Source: Actinomycetota bacterium (GTDB taxonomy: Bacteria; Actinomycetota; Actinomycetes; S36-B12; UBA5976). Taken from it: a stretch of DNA of 64,000 nucleotides. Shown piece by piece: positions 1 through 9,627 of this stretch. Both the position numbers and the translations under genes were made by a program. The stretch covers positions 1,430-65,429 of the forward strand of contig JAPLAV010000047.1 of the NCBI GenBank assembly GCA_026393095.1, in the 5' to 3' direction. The notes under the pieces were generated by a model. That model searched no databases. It was not told where the DNA came from and worked only from the letters and a program-made list of their open reading frames with translations. Numbering within the stretch: position 1 is the first letter of the stretch; every line of letters starts with the position of its first letter.

Positions 1-35
1 AGTGTATTCGAGGCTAAATCGTGTCTGAAATTTAT

Positions 36-51
36 GTAACAAATTAGAAAC
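36..51 (+). promoter_or_regulatory. Candidate GlnR half-site (GTAAC-n6-GAAAC) upstream of glnA2
   Basis: The + strand reads GTAAC aaatta GAAAC 24 nt before the glnA2 ATG. This is the same a-site/b-site unit seen as a full double unit upstream of glnA1. Only one unit is visible because the window starts at base 1. Confidence 0.3.
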
Positions 52-74
52 AATCATGGGGCACAATAGGTTTC

Positions 75-1418
75 ATGGATAAACAAGCAGATTTCGTATT
101 AAGAACAATTGAAGAACGCGATATTCGTTTCGTACGTTTATGGTTCACCGATGTGATCGGTTCCTTGAAATCAGTAGCAGTAGCTCCTGCTGAATTAGAA
201 GCAGCTTTTTCTGAGGGTATTGGTTTTGATGGTTCAGCTATTCAAGGATTTTCTCGCGTCTATGAATCAGACATGTTAGCTAAACCAGATCCTGCAACAT
301 TCCAATTACTTCCTTGGCGAAGTGAAGGACCAGGAGTAGCAAGAATGTTTTGCGACATTCAAATGCCTGATGGTTCACCTTCTTATGCAGATCCTCGTTG
401 GGTATTAAAAAGAACAATGGCAAAAGCTGCAGACATGGGTTTTACTTTTTATACTCATCCTGAAATTGAATTTTACTTATTTGAAAACGATAAGAATGCG
501 GTGAACGTTAAATCACCTGAACCAATTGATCATGTTGGTTATTTTGATCAATCAGCGTCAGGTCCAGGTTATGACTTCAGAAGAAATGCCATCACCATGT
601 TGGAATCAATGGGAATATCTGTTGAATTTTCACATCATGAAGGTGGCCCTGGTCAACAAGAAATTGATTTGCGTTACGCAGATGCTTTAAGTACAGCGGA
701 TAACATCATGACATTTCGTTTAGTTGTAAAAGAAGTAGCACTTTCTGAAGGTGTTCGAGCATCTTTTATGCCTAAACCATTTAGAGATCAACCAGGTTCA
801 GGAATGCATACACATTTATCTCTATTTGAAGGAGATAAGAATGCTTTTCACGAACCAGGTGCTGAATACCAATTAAGCAAAGTTGGCAGAAGCTTTATCG
901 CAGGTATTTTGAAACATGCTCCAGAATTTACTGCTGTAACTAATCAATATGTCAACTCATATAAACGACTTACCGGTGGTGGAGAAGCTCCAGCTTATGT
1001 TTGTTGGGGACACAACAACAGATCTGCTTTGGTGAGAGTTCCAATGTATAAACCATCAAAAGGTCAATCAACTCGTATTGAATACCGAGCACTTGATTCT
1101 GCTGCTAATCCTTATCTTGCTTACTCAGTTCTTTTAGCTGCAGGATTAAAAGGAATTGAAGAAAATTATGAATTGCCACAAGGTGCAGAAGATGACGTGT
1201 GGTCATTAACTGATGCTGAAAGAAGAGCATTAGGCATAACCCCACTGCCAACATCATTGGATGAAGCAATCAAAGTTATGGAAAAAAGTGAATTAGTCGC
1301 TGAAACTCTAGGTGAACACGTATTTGATTACTTCCTTAGAAATAAGAGAAGTGAATGGGAAGAATATCGCAAACAAGTAACTCAATGGGAACTTGATCGA
1401 TACTTACCAGTTCTATAA
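75..1418 (+). CDS. glnA2: Glutamine synthetase type I, GlnA2-type (no adenylylation loop)
   Basis: 447-aa ORF. N-terminus MDKQADFVLRTIEERDIRFVRLWFTDV. GS motifs GSGMHTHLSLF and NRSALVRVP. It lacks the Tyr loop seen in glnA1 and lies upstream of glnE, as in other Actinobacteria. Confidence 0.9.
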   Translation: MDKQADFVLRTIEERDIRFVRLWFTDVIGSLKSVAVAPAELEAAFSEGIGFDGSAIQGFSRVYESDMLAKPDPATFQLLPWRSEGPGVARMFCDIQMPDGSPSYADPRWVLKRTMAKAADMGFTFYTHPEIEFYLFENDKNAVNVKSPEPIDHVGYFDQSASGPGYDFRRNAITMLESMGISVEFSHHEGGPGQQEIDLRYADALSTADNIMTFRLVVKEVALSEGVRASFMPKPFRDQPGSGMHTHLSLFEGDKNAFHEPGAEYQLSKVGRSFIAGILKHAPEFTAVTNQYVNSYKRLTGGGEAPAYVCWGHNNRSALVRVPMYKPSKGQSTRIEYRALDSAANPYLAYSVLLAAGLKGIEENYELPQGAEDDVWSLTDAERRALGITPLPTSLDEAIKVMEKSELVAETLGEHVFDYFLRNKRSEWEEYRKQVTQWELDRYLPVL

Positions 1419-1425
1419 TTAATTC

Positions 1426-1980
1426 ATGACCACAACTGGGAAAAGTAGGAAATCACACTTTCCATCCATTGAAAAGAAATACGGCGAAAAAATGTCGTAT
1501 TGGTTCAAGGTCATGGAAAAGATTAAAGATCGAAAATACCCAGAACAAATTGCTCACTTAAGAGAAAACTATGGGTTTTCTCAAGCTCACGCCAATGCTT
1601 TAGTGATGTTTTCTAAAGGTTCTAAGTCAACTTCTAAATTTAAAGACGATAAAGACTATTTCAAAAGTATTGATCCCAAACAAGCAAAAACAATTAAATC
1701 TCTATATAAATTGATTCAAGCAAAGCACAAGAAACTTGAACTAGTAATTGCCTGGAATCAACCGATGCTTCGAAAAGACAAAAGTTATGTTATTGGAGCA
1801 GGAGTCACAAAAAACTACATTTTACTTAATCCTTTTAGTAAAAGTGTTATTGATAAATTCGGTAAAAAGTTAGCTGAATATGACGTTAAAAAACACACCT
1901 TTGCCGTTCCTAATGACTGGAAAATTGACCAAAAATTAATACTTGCCTTAGTTAAGGCTCGCTTGGATGAGATTAAATAA
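1426..1980 (+). CDS. Conserved hypothetical protein, DUF4287-like N-terminal half plus DUF1801/YdhG-like C-terminal half
   Basis: 184-aa ORF 7 nt after glnA2. The segment SIEKKYGEKMSYWFKVM...YGFSQAHANALV resembles DUF4287. The domain call is by eye only. Confidence 0.55.
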   Translation: MTTTGKSRKSHFPSIEKKYGEKMSYWFKVMEKIKDRKYPEQIAHLRENYGFSQAHANALVMFSKGSKSTSKFKDDKDYFKSIDPKQAKTIKSLYKLIQAKHKKLELVIAWNQPMLRKDKSYVIGAGVTKNYILLNPFSKSVIDKFGKKLAEYDVKKHTFAVPNDWKIDQKLILALVKARLDEIK

Positions 1981-2003
1981 GAGAACGAAAGTAGGCTTTA
2001 TCT

Positions 2004-2750
2004 ATGAATAAACCACCAGTTGTATTGGTTGTGCAAAACGAATTAGATGCACCCATTGGTTATTTAGAAGAATGGCTTTTTGAGCGAGGCGTTGGTATCG
2101 AAGTTATTTATCCTTTTAAAGGTGAAACTGTTCCAACAGAACCAGGGGATTTTGCTGGAGTAATTGTGTTAGGTGGATCTCGCGGAGTTCACGATGAAGA
2201 CCAATGGCCATGGTTAAAACAAGAAAAAGAATTATTAAGAAACGTGATTAAATCTCAAACTCCCACACTTGGTGTTTGTTTAGGCGGACAACTGTTAGCT
2301 GATGCTAATGGTGGCAAAGTTGGCAAAACTCAAAAACCAGAAATTGGCGTTGGTTTTGTTGAGTTCTTACCAGAAGCAAAAAATGATTCACTGCTATCTG
2401 CTGTGGTTGATTCTCCCGTTGCAATTCCAGTTCCTCAATATCATCAAGATGCAATATTGGAATTACCAGAAAATGCCAAATTATTGGTGACAAGTGATGA
2501 TTGTGCAGTGCAAGCTTTTGTTTTAGGTAAAAATGCCTGGGGATTGCAATTTCATCCTGAAACAGACTGGAACATCATGAGTGATTGGTTACTCAGCGAA
2601 GATGAAGTTAGAAAAACTCTGGGCATAACCGATGATTCAGTAGAGAATCAATTTAATGAACTGGGCGAAGGAATGAAAAATACCTGGAGAGCATTAGGTA
2701 TTGCTTTTGCTGACACCGTGGTTGATCACGCCGGTAAACAACAGAAATGA
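2004..2750 (+). CDS. Class I glutamine amidotransferase-like protein
   Basis: 248 aa. Nucleophile elbow GVCLGGQLLA and the LQFHPE His/Glu motif. Its stop overlaps the glnE start (ATGA at 2747-2750). Confidence 0.8.
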   Translation: MNKPPVVLVVQNELDAPIGYLEEWLFERGVGIEVIYPFKGETVPTEPGDFAGVIVLGGSRGVHDEDQWPWLKQEKELLRNVIKSQTPTLGVCLGGQLLADANGGKVGKTQKPEIGVGFVEFLPEAKNDSLLSAVVDSPVAIPVPQYHQDAILELPENAKLLVTSDDCAVQAFVLGKNAWGLQFHPETDWNIMSDWLLSEDEVRKTLGITDDSVENQFNELGEGMKNTWRALGIAFADTVVDHAGKQQK

Positions 2751-5677
2751 CAGAACGCCCGGTAACTGAAACCGGAATATTTTCTCGCTCAGGTTTTAGT
2801 AACCCAAGTAAATCTGCTGAGTTAATAAAAACCCTAAAAGCAGAAATCAATCATGAGTTATTAATTGATGATCTAAGTAAAGTCGCAGATCCTGATAACG
2901 CTTTATTACTTTTGGTGAGAATTGCTGATCAACAGGATAAAAACCTAGATAAAGTCTTAAAAGATGACGATGCTCGATTAAGACTTTTGCAGGTTTTAGG
3001 ATCCTCAAATGGATTAGGTGAGCACCTTGTTACTTATTCAGAAGATGTTTTAGTTTTCCTTGAAGAATCTGCAATTAACAAAGCCAGCACTAAAAATGAC
3101 TTAATCCAAGTATTTACAAAAGCTTCAAAAACCAGCAGAGCAAATCTGGTTCGAGAATATAGAAAAGTTCTACTCGGCCTAGCTTCCCGCGATATTTGTT
3201 ACAAATGGCCACTTCGAGATGTGGCAGCAGAATTAGCTGATGCAGCAGATGCAATATTACAAAGTGCATTAAATACAGCAATTGAAAAGAATCCAGAACT
3301 AGAAAAACAATTTAAATTAGCAATCATTGCCATGGGAAAAGCTGGGGGACAAGAACTTAACTACGTATCTGATGTTGACGTTATTTTTACCGCAGAACCA
3401 TCAAATGGAATTGAAGAACAAGTAGCAATTAGTGCTGCCACCAAAATTGCCACTGAAGTAATGCAATACATCAGTGTGGCAAATGATGGTGGAGAAATTT
3501 GGGAAGTCGATGCGGCCCTTAGACCTGAAGGAAAAGCAGGACCATTAGTTCGAACAGTTGAGCAACACGTTGCTTATTACCAACGCTGGGCTAGCACTTG
3601 GGAATTCCAAGCGTTATTAAAAGCTCGCTTTAGTGCCGGAAACTTAGAACTGGGTAATAAATATTTAGATGAAATAACACCTTTTGTGTGGAAAGCAGCG
3701 AGTAAAGAAAACTTTGTTGATGATGTGCAAAAGATGCGCAAAAGAGTGGAAGAAAACATTGATAACCGAATTGGGGAAAGAGAACTAAAACTAGCTCCCG
3801 GTGGACTTAGAGACGTTGAATTTGCTGTGCAACTTCTTCAATTAGTACACGGTCGAAGTGATGTGATGGTGAGAAGTCCTAACACTTTGGAAGCTCTCGA
3901 TCAACTTGCAACTTGGGGATATATCGGTCGAGAAGATGCTGCAACGTTTTCAACTGCCTACACATTCTTAAGAACACTTGAGCATCGAATTCAATTACAA
4001 AAACTATCTAGAACTCACGTTTTGCCAGAAGAAGATAGTGAATTAAGAAAACTTGGTAGATCTCTTGGATTCATGTCTGAATCAAGTGCTGATTTAGAAA
4101 AGCAATGGCGAAAACATCAATTAGAAGTAAGAAGAATTCACGAAAAGCTTTTCTATAGACCACTACTTAATGCTGTGGCAAGACTTGATGCAGGAAGTGC
4201 TCGTTTAACAATTTCTGAAGCAACTTCCCGACTAAATGCACTTGGCTATAAAGATCCAGAATCAGCTTTGCGACACATTGAATCTTTAACTACAGGCGTT
4301 TCTAGACGTGCGGTAATTCAAAAGACATTGTTGCCAGTTTTACTTTCCTGGTTTGCCGATGGACCAGAACCAGATATTGCATTGCTTTCCTTTAGAAGAT
4401 TAAGCGATGCCCTAGGTAGTACTCCATGGTTTTTAAGATTATTAAGAGATGAATCAGCTGCTGCTGAGTTAATGGCCAAACTTCTATCTTCTAGTAGATA
4501 TGCCACCGATTTATTAATGAGTGCTCCAGAAGCAGTTTCGATGTTAGGAAACTTAGAAGAACTTGAACCAAGAACTCGTGAGCAATATGAAACTGAAATG
4601 AATGCTGTAATTGCACGACATGAAACTGCTGAAAACATAGTTTCAGCTGCCCGATCTTTTAGAAGAAGAGAATTACTAAGAACAGCAACTGCTGATTTAA
4701 GTGGCAGATTAACTACTGAGCAAGTAGGAATTGCGTTAAGTAATGTTTACGCAACTGTTATCGAAACTGCTTTAAAAGGTGCAATTTTAGCTGTTGAGCA
4801 AGAAAGTGGAAAAGAAGTTTCCACCAACATGTGTGTGATTGCCATGGGTCGATTTGGTGGTTTTGAACTTGGGTATGGCAGTGATGCTGACGTGATGTTT
4901 GTGCACGAACCTAAAAAAGATTCAGATCCACAAGAAGCAGAAAAATGTGCGCTAGACGTTGCTAATCGTTTAAGAACATTGTTAATGCAGCCTTCAGTTG
5001 ATCCGCCATTAGAAATTGATGCTGATTTAAGACCTGAAGGAAAAAATGGTCCATTAGTTAGAACTCTTGATTCCTATCTTGCGTATTATCAAAAATGGTC
5101 TGCGCCCTGGGAAGCTCAAGCTTTACTACGAGCACTTCCTGTTGCAGGCGATTTAGCAGTTGGTGAGAAATTTATTCAAGGTATTAATAAAACTCGTTAT
5201 CCAGAAAATGGCGTAAGTGAAGAAAACTTACGCGAAATGAGAAGAATTAAGGCTCGCATGGAATCAGAAAGATTGCCTCGAGGAGCTGATGTAAATCTCA
5301 ATACCAAAATGGGTCGCGGTGGATTAAGTGATGTGGAATGGGTTGTGCAACTGCTACAAATGCAACATGGTTCAAAAAATAAATCTTTAAGAATTACTGC
5401 CACATTGCCAGCATTAAGAGCATGCGTCAAAGCAGAGCTAATTAGTGAATCTGATGCAAAGTCTTTAAGTGAATCTTGGACACTTGCGACCTGGATTAGA
5501 AATGCGCAAATGCTTTCCCGTGCTAAAGCAAATGATCAAATCCCAACAGATATTAATGAATTATCAGCAATTGCTTTTACACTTAATCAGAAATCTCATG
5601 CTCAATTAATTGAGGATTACCGAAGAATAACCAGACGGGCCAGATTAGTTATGGAAAAGATTTTCTACGGCGAATAG
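2747..5677 (+). CDS. glnE: Bifunctional glutamine synthetase adenylyltransferase / adenylyl-removing enzyme
   Basis: 976 aa with two tandem nucleotidyltransferase repeats (GKAGGQELNYVSDVDVIF and GRFGGFELGYGSDADVMF). Each repeat is followed by DAxLRPEGKxGPLVRT. Confidence 0.95.
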   Translation: MTERPVTETGIFSRSGFSNPSKSAELIKTLKAEINHELLIDDLSKVADPDNALLLLVRIADQQDKNLDKVLKDDDARLRLLQVLGSSNGLGEHLVTYSEDVLVFLEESAINKASTKNDLIQVFTKASKTSRANLVREYRKVLLGLASRDICYKWPLRDVAAELADAADAILQSALNTAIEKNPELEKQFKLAIIAMGKAGGQELNYVSDVDVIFTAEPSNGIEEQVAISAATKIATEVMQYISVANDGGEIWEVDAALRPEGKAGPLVRTVEQHVAYYQRWASTWEFQALLKARFSAGNLELGNKYLDEITPFVWKAASKENFVDDVQKMRKRVEENIDNRIGERELKLAPGGLRDVEFAVQLLQLVHGRSDVMVRSPNTLEALDQLATWGYIGREDAATFSTAYTFLRTLEHRIQLQKLSRTHVLPEEDSELRKLGRSLGFMSESSADLEKQWRKHQLEVRRIHEKLFYRPLLNAVARLDAGSARLTISEATSRLNALGYKDPESALRHIESLTTGVSRRAVIQKTLLPVLLSWFADGPEPDIALLSFRRLSDALGSTPWFLRLLRDESAAAELMAKLLSSSRYATDLLMSAPEAVSMLGNLEELEPRTREQYETEMNAVIARHETAENIVSAARSFRRRELLRTATADLSGRLTTEQVGIALSNVYATVIETALKGAILAVEQESGKEVSTNMCVIAMGRFGGFELGYGSDADVMFVHEPKKDSDPQEAEKCALDVANRLRTLLMQPSVDPPLEIDADLRPEGKNGPLVRTLDSYLAYYQKWSAPWEAQALLRALPVAGDLAVGEKFIQGINKTRYPENGVSEENLREMRRIKARMESERLPRGADVNLNTKMGRGGLSDVEWVVQLLQMQHGSKNKSLRITATLPALRACVKAELISESDAKSLSESWTLATWIRNAQMLSRAKANDQIPTDINELSAIAFTLNQKSHAQLIEDYRRITRRARLVMEKIFYGE

Positions 5678-5679
5678 CG

Positions 5680-7581
5680 TTATTTATTTAAAGACTTCAA
5701 ATAGTCGTTATAATCATCAATTTCTTTGTCAGTAACTCGTTTAGCAAGTCTTTCGTCTCGAGATGCCCATTGGTAAACCAAAATAGCCAATACAAAAATA
5801 GTTGGCAATTCCCCAAAGCCCCAGGCAATACCACCACCTAGTTGTTGATCAGCGATTTGATTTTGGAGCCAACTTGGTTTTATTTCACCAAACCAACCGC
5901 CACCTAATTGAGTGTCAGTACTAAAAGTAATGAAACCAAAGATGCCATGAAATACTGCTGCTGCAAAAACGAGTCCAAGTCTTAAAACATCAGGAACTTT
6001 TCGAGGGGAAGGATCTATTCCTAAAATATTCCAGAAGAATAAATAACCTGCTAGAACAAAATGAGCATCCATGAATAAATGTCCCAAATGACTTCGCATT
6101 AGAACAGTCAGCAGTGGAGAGAAATACAAAGCCCAAGTTCCACCTGCAAATAAGAAGAAAGAAATTATAGGATGAGACAAAGTATGTAAATACCTGGAAT
6201 TCATTAAAGCCACAATCCAGTCACGAAGATTTCTAACTTCAGAATCTTTATTCTTAACTGTTTCATTCGGTGTTAATACTCTTAAAATCAAAGTAAGAGG
6301 AGCTCCTAGTGGAAGTAAAATTGGTACCACCATTGCTAAGACCATGTGCACTGTCATGTGAGCTGAAAACATCAAAATTGCATAACGACCAAGCATTGAA
6401 TTAGTGACATACATTCCAATTAATACCGCAGCAATCCAAGCAATGCTTCTACCTAGTGGCCAAGAATCTCCACGTCTTTTCAAAGTAAATACTCCGTATA
6501 TATACAGAGAAAGAGCAAGTAAACCCACAGTGAAAGTAAACGGCTCTAGGGCAAATGTGGTTAAGGCATAACCCCAGTCAAAAGCAATAGGTTCGGCAAA
6601 GCCAGTTACAGATTCAATCAAAGTAAAAGCGGCAGTTCCAGTTTTTGGATACGCAGTTGAGGAAAGAACCACTGAAACACCGAGTGTGAAAAGTAGAAAT
6701 CCAACTTCTAAACCAACAAGTTTTTTGATATCGGTTTGCAATCTTTTTCTGATATTCAAGGCAATAACTAAAGCAGAAGAAAGAAGTATTACTTTGAACA
6801 TAATCAATTGACCATAAGTAGTCGTAAATAATTCTGAGAAATTATTAAATCTGGTGTAGGCATTGATTTCACCACTAATTACTAGTGCAATAACTGCAGC
6901 ACCAGCTAGAAATCCAAATTTATGAAGTGCCAATGACTTTTGATCTTGAGTAAATTGGCTTGTAGAAACAATTAAAAATATTGCTGCAACTCCTGAAATC
7001 CACAGTGCAATAGCAATGCCATGAGCTAAACCTGAAACAACAGCCCATTGATGAGTTGAAACTCCACCACCGTGAGATAAAAGCCCTGGAAGAGACAAAC
7101 CAATCACATTAAAAGCTGCAATTACTCCAACGCGATCAAGATTTGGTTTTAGTAAAAATAAGGAAGAAATTAAGGAAATTAAAGAGATAAGAAGTAAAGC
7201 TCTAGCACTTGCAACATCCCAGCCATATGTTGCAATTACATCAAGTCTTGCCACTAAAGAAAGTGGTTGAGAAAGAGCTTGAGTGAGAGTAAATACTGCT
7301 GCTGCAAATGAAACACCTGAAAGAGCAAGTGAAAATCTGGCTGCAATTTTGGCATTTCTATTCTTGAAGGGAACAAATATGCCATCACTAATTAATAAGG
7401 CGATAACAGTTATTCCTAGTACGTAAACTAGTGAAACAAGTATTGGTTTTATAAAGTAAACAATTGGACCACTGTCAGGAATTAATGGGGCAGGAGCATT
7501 CCACAATGAAGAGGTTATAAACAGTGTGAATAAAACACTGATTGGAGTTATGAGAAAAAAGAATAAGTTCTTGGTTTTCAT
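5680..7581 (-). CDS. Polytopic membrane protein, CopD-like N-terminal half fused to CtaG-like cytochrome oxidase assembly half
   Basis: 633-aa ORF that is hydrophobic throughout. The architecture resembles actinobacterial CopD/caa3-CtaG fusion proteins. It converges on glnE with a 2-nt gap. Confidence 0.6.
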   Translation of the reverse strand: MKTKNLFFFLITPISVLFTLFITSSLWNAPAPLIPDSGPIVYFIKPILVSLVYVLGITVIALLISDGIFVPFKNRNAKIAARFSLALSGVSFAAAVFTLTQALSQPLSLVARLDVIATYGWDVASARALLLISLISLISSLFLLKPNLDRVGVIAAFNVIGLSLPGLLSHGGGVSTHQWAVVSGLAHGIAIALWISGVAAIFLIVSTSQFTQDQKSLALHKFGFLAGAAVIALVISGEINAYTRFNNFSELFTTTYGQLIMFKVILLSSALVIALNIRKRLQTDIKKLVGLEVGFLLFTLGVSVVLSSTAYPKTGTAAFTLIESVTGFAEPIAFDWGYALTTFALEPFTFTVGLLALSLYIYGVFTLKRRGDSWPLGRSIAWIAAVLIGMYVTNSMLGRYAILMFSAHMTVHMVLAMVVPILLPLGAPLTLILRVLTPNETVKNKDSEVRNLRDWIVALMNSRYLHTLSHPIISFFLFAGGTWALYFSPLLTVLMRSHLGHLFMDAHFVLAGYLFFWNILGIDPSPRKVPDVLRLGLVFAAAVFHGIFGFITFSTDTQLGGGWFGEIKPSWLQNQIADQQLGGGIAWGFGELPTIFVLAILVYQWASRDERLAKRVTDKEIDDYNDYLKSLNK

Positions 7582-7617
7582 GATTTGGTCTTAACTTACC
7601 TCAAGAAGGGTTGAAGA

Positions 7618-8283
7618 CTATTTCTTTGTTATTTTTCCCACAATTTTTAGCCAAGTTGCTACTGAATAACCAATCAGCACACCAAAGAGAACGGTTCCTA
7701 AACCAACTTGACCACCAAGTAACCATCCAATTGTTAAAACGGTTATTTCAATAAACATTCGTACTCGACCAACAGGTAAACCTGTTATTAAATGAATTCT
7801 GGTCATTAGCCCATCTCTAGGACCTGGTCCCATGTGACAAGTTAAATAAAAACCACTACCTAAACCAACTATGGCAATACCAACAAGAATTTGAATAATT
7901 TGTAATGCGCTTGATGTCGGAGTGGGCAAAATTCCTGACATTACTTCAAGGGCTATCGAAATAATAATGATGTTTAAAATTGTTCCTAAACCTGGTTTCT
8001 GTTTCAAAGGAATCCATAAAGCTAAAACTCCAACACCTGAAACAAAAGTTGCCCAACCAATACTTAATCCAGTTTGCACAGCAATACCTTGAGCAAAAAC
8101 TGTCCAAGGAGAAACTCCTGCATTAGCAGCAATTAAGAAAGCTTCACCGGTTCCAAATAGCCATAAGCCAATTATTAAAATTAAAATCGTAGAAGGTTTT
8201 GATTTCCAATAATGATTTGATCTCCATGGTGTAACTGGAATTGTTTTTGATGGAAACAACCATTTAGGAATATATTTTTTCAA
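7618..8283 (-). CDS. Membrane protein, YczE/YitT-like
   Basis: 221 aa with about 5-6 predicted TM helices. The pattern GTGEAFLIAANAGVSPWTVF is typical of the YczE/YitT family. Assignment by eye. Confidence 0.5.
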   Translation of the reverse strand: MKKYIPKWLFPSKTIPVTPWRSNHYWKSKPSTILILIIGLWLFGTGEAFLIAANAGVSPWTVFAQGIAVQTGLSIGWATFVSGVGVLALWIPLKQKPGLGTILNIIIISIALEVMSGILPTPTSSALQIIQILVGIAIVGLGSGFYLTCHMGPGPRDGLMTRIHLITGLPVGRVRMFIEITVLTIGWLLGGQVGLGTVLFGVLIGYSVATWLKIVGKITKK

Positions 8284-8852
8284 TTCAATCCTTTAAGCAT
8301 TAATTCTGTTAATGGCTTCCTACTTCTAGGAGCAAGTTCTCTTTCTAATAAAGCTTGACTTAATTTGGAAGGTTCACTTATTTTGCCTACCCCAATTAAA
8401 ACAATTGGTTCAACATTCTCAGGTAATGAAAACACTTCTTTGACTTTTGATTTACTAAATCCACCCATTTGGTGAGTGTGTAATCCCATGCTTTGAGCTT
8501 GAGTGATTATTGCACTGACTGCTAATCCTGCATCAAATATTTCTATATTTGAAACTTTTTCACCTGTAGCTGCAACTAAAACAATGGCACTAGCATTTGG
8601 TGCCCACTCCAAGTTATTTTCTTTAAGACTTGAAACTAAAGCAGCAAAGTTACTATCTCCACGAAGTCCAACTAAAAATCTCCAAGGTTGAGCATTCATC
8701 GAGGAAGGAGACCATCTTGCTGCTTCTAATAGTGAATGGATTTGATCATCACTTAATTTGTGAGAATCATCAAAAGATCTAGGACTCCACCTGTTAGCAA
8801 TAAGTTCATGAAGTTGAGCTTCGGTGGCGGCTGGTTTGTGGGGAATGGACAT
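8280..8852 (-). CDS. Nitroreductase family protein
   Basis: 190 aa. Motifs RWSPRSF and ARWSPSSMNAQPWRF. 4-nt overlap with the downstream membrane protein gene. Confidence 0.8.
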   Translation of the reverse strand: MSIPHKPAATEAQLHELIANRWSPRSFDDSHKLSDDQIHSLLEAARWSPSSMNAQPWRFLVGLRGDSNFAALVSSLKENNLEWAPNASAIVLVAATGEKVSNIEIFDAGLAVSAIITQAQSMGLHTHQMGGFSKSKVKEVFSLPENVEPIVLIGVGKISEPSKLSQALLERELAPRSRKPLTELMLKGLN

Positions 8853-8870
8853 AAATAGAATTATTGTCTA

Positions 8871-9527
8871 ATGCTTGAGAATGCGCGACTTAGGGTTGAA
8901 CCAGGAGTAATCCGTACATTTCATGCCCGTAGAGGTCGAGTTACTAAAAATCAAATATTTGCATTAGAAAACTATTTTTCTGAATTTGAATTACCAGAAG
9001 GTCCTTGGGATTTTAAAGAATTATTTGGTGATAAAAAAGTTGTATTTGAAATAGGTTGTGGCAGTGGTGAGTCAACAGTTGGATTTGCTAAATCAAATCC
9101 TGAAACAATTATTATTGCCATAGAAGTTCATCGCCCAAGTATTAGTCATTTAGTTGAAACTGCACATAAAGAAGGTTTAACTAATATTAAAGTTGCATAC
9201 TCTGACGGAGTGCAGGTTTTAAGAGATTGGGTTCAAGATAAATCTTTAACTGCCATTTTTGCTTTCTTTCCAGATCCTTGGCCAAAGAAACGTCATAATA
9301 AGCGAAGATTGTTTAGAACCGAAATTGTGGAATTGATGCAAAAGAAACTTAAAGATGGTGGTGAAATTATTACCGCTACCGATTGGGCGGAATACGGACA
9401 ACAAATGTTGGAAGTATTGCCTAATTCCGAGCTTTCAATTCGTCCAACTTGGCGACCAACCACTAAATATGAGCGAAAGGGATTAGCCGCCAATCGAGAA
9501 ATAATGGAAATTCAAGCAAAATTATAG
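8871..9527 (+). CDS. trmB: tRNA (guanine-N7)-methyltransferase
   Basis: 218 aa. SAM-binding EIGCGSGES and the TrmB hallmark FFPDPWPKKRHNKRRL. Confidence 0.9.
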   Translation: MLENARLRVEPGVIRTFHARRGRVTKNQIFALENYFSEFELPEGPWDFKELFGDKKVVFEIGCGSGESTVGFAKSNPETIIIAIEVHRPSISHLVETAHKEGLTNIKVAYSDGVQVLRDWVQDKSLTAIFAFFPDPWPKKRHNKRRLFRTEIVELMQKKLKDGGEIITATDWAEYGQQMLEVLPNSELSIRPTWRPTTKYERKGLAANREIMEIQAKL

Positions 9528-9627
9528 AAACTCCCAGAGAACTTTAAGGTTGAAAAGGTTATCTAGGAAATGCACTGAAAGTCCAAAGTGTTAGTTTGGA
9601 TATAGATAAATTGAAAATGAGGAATAG

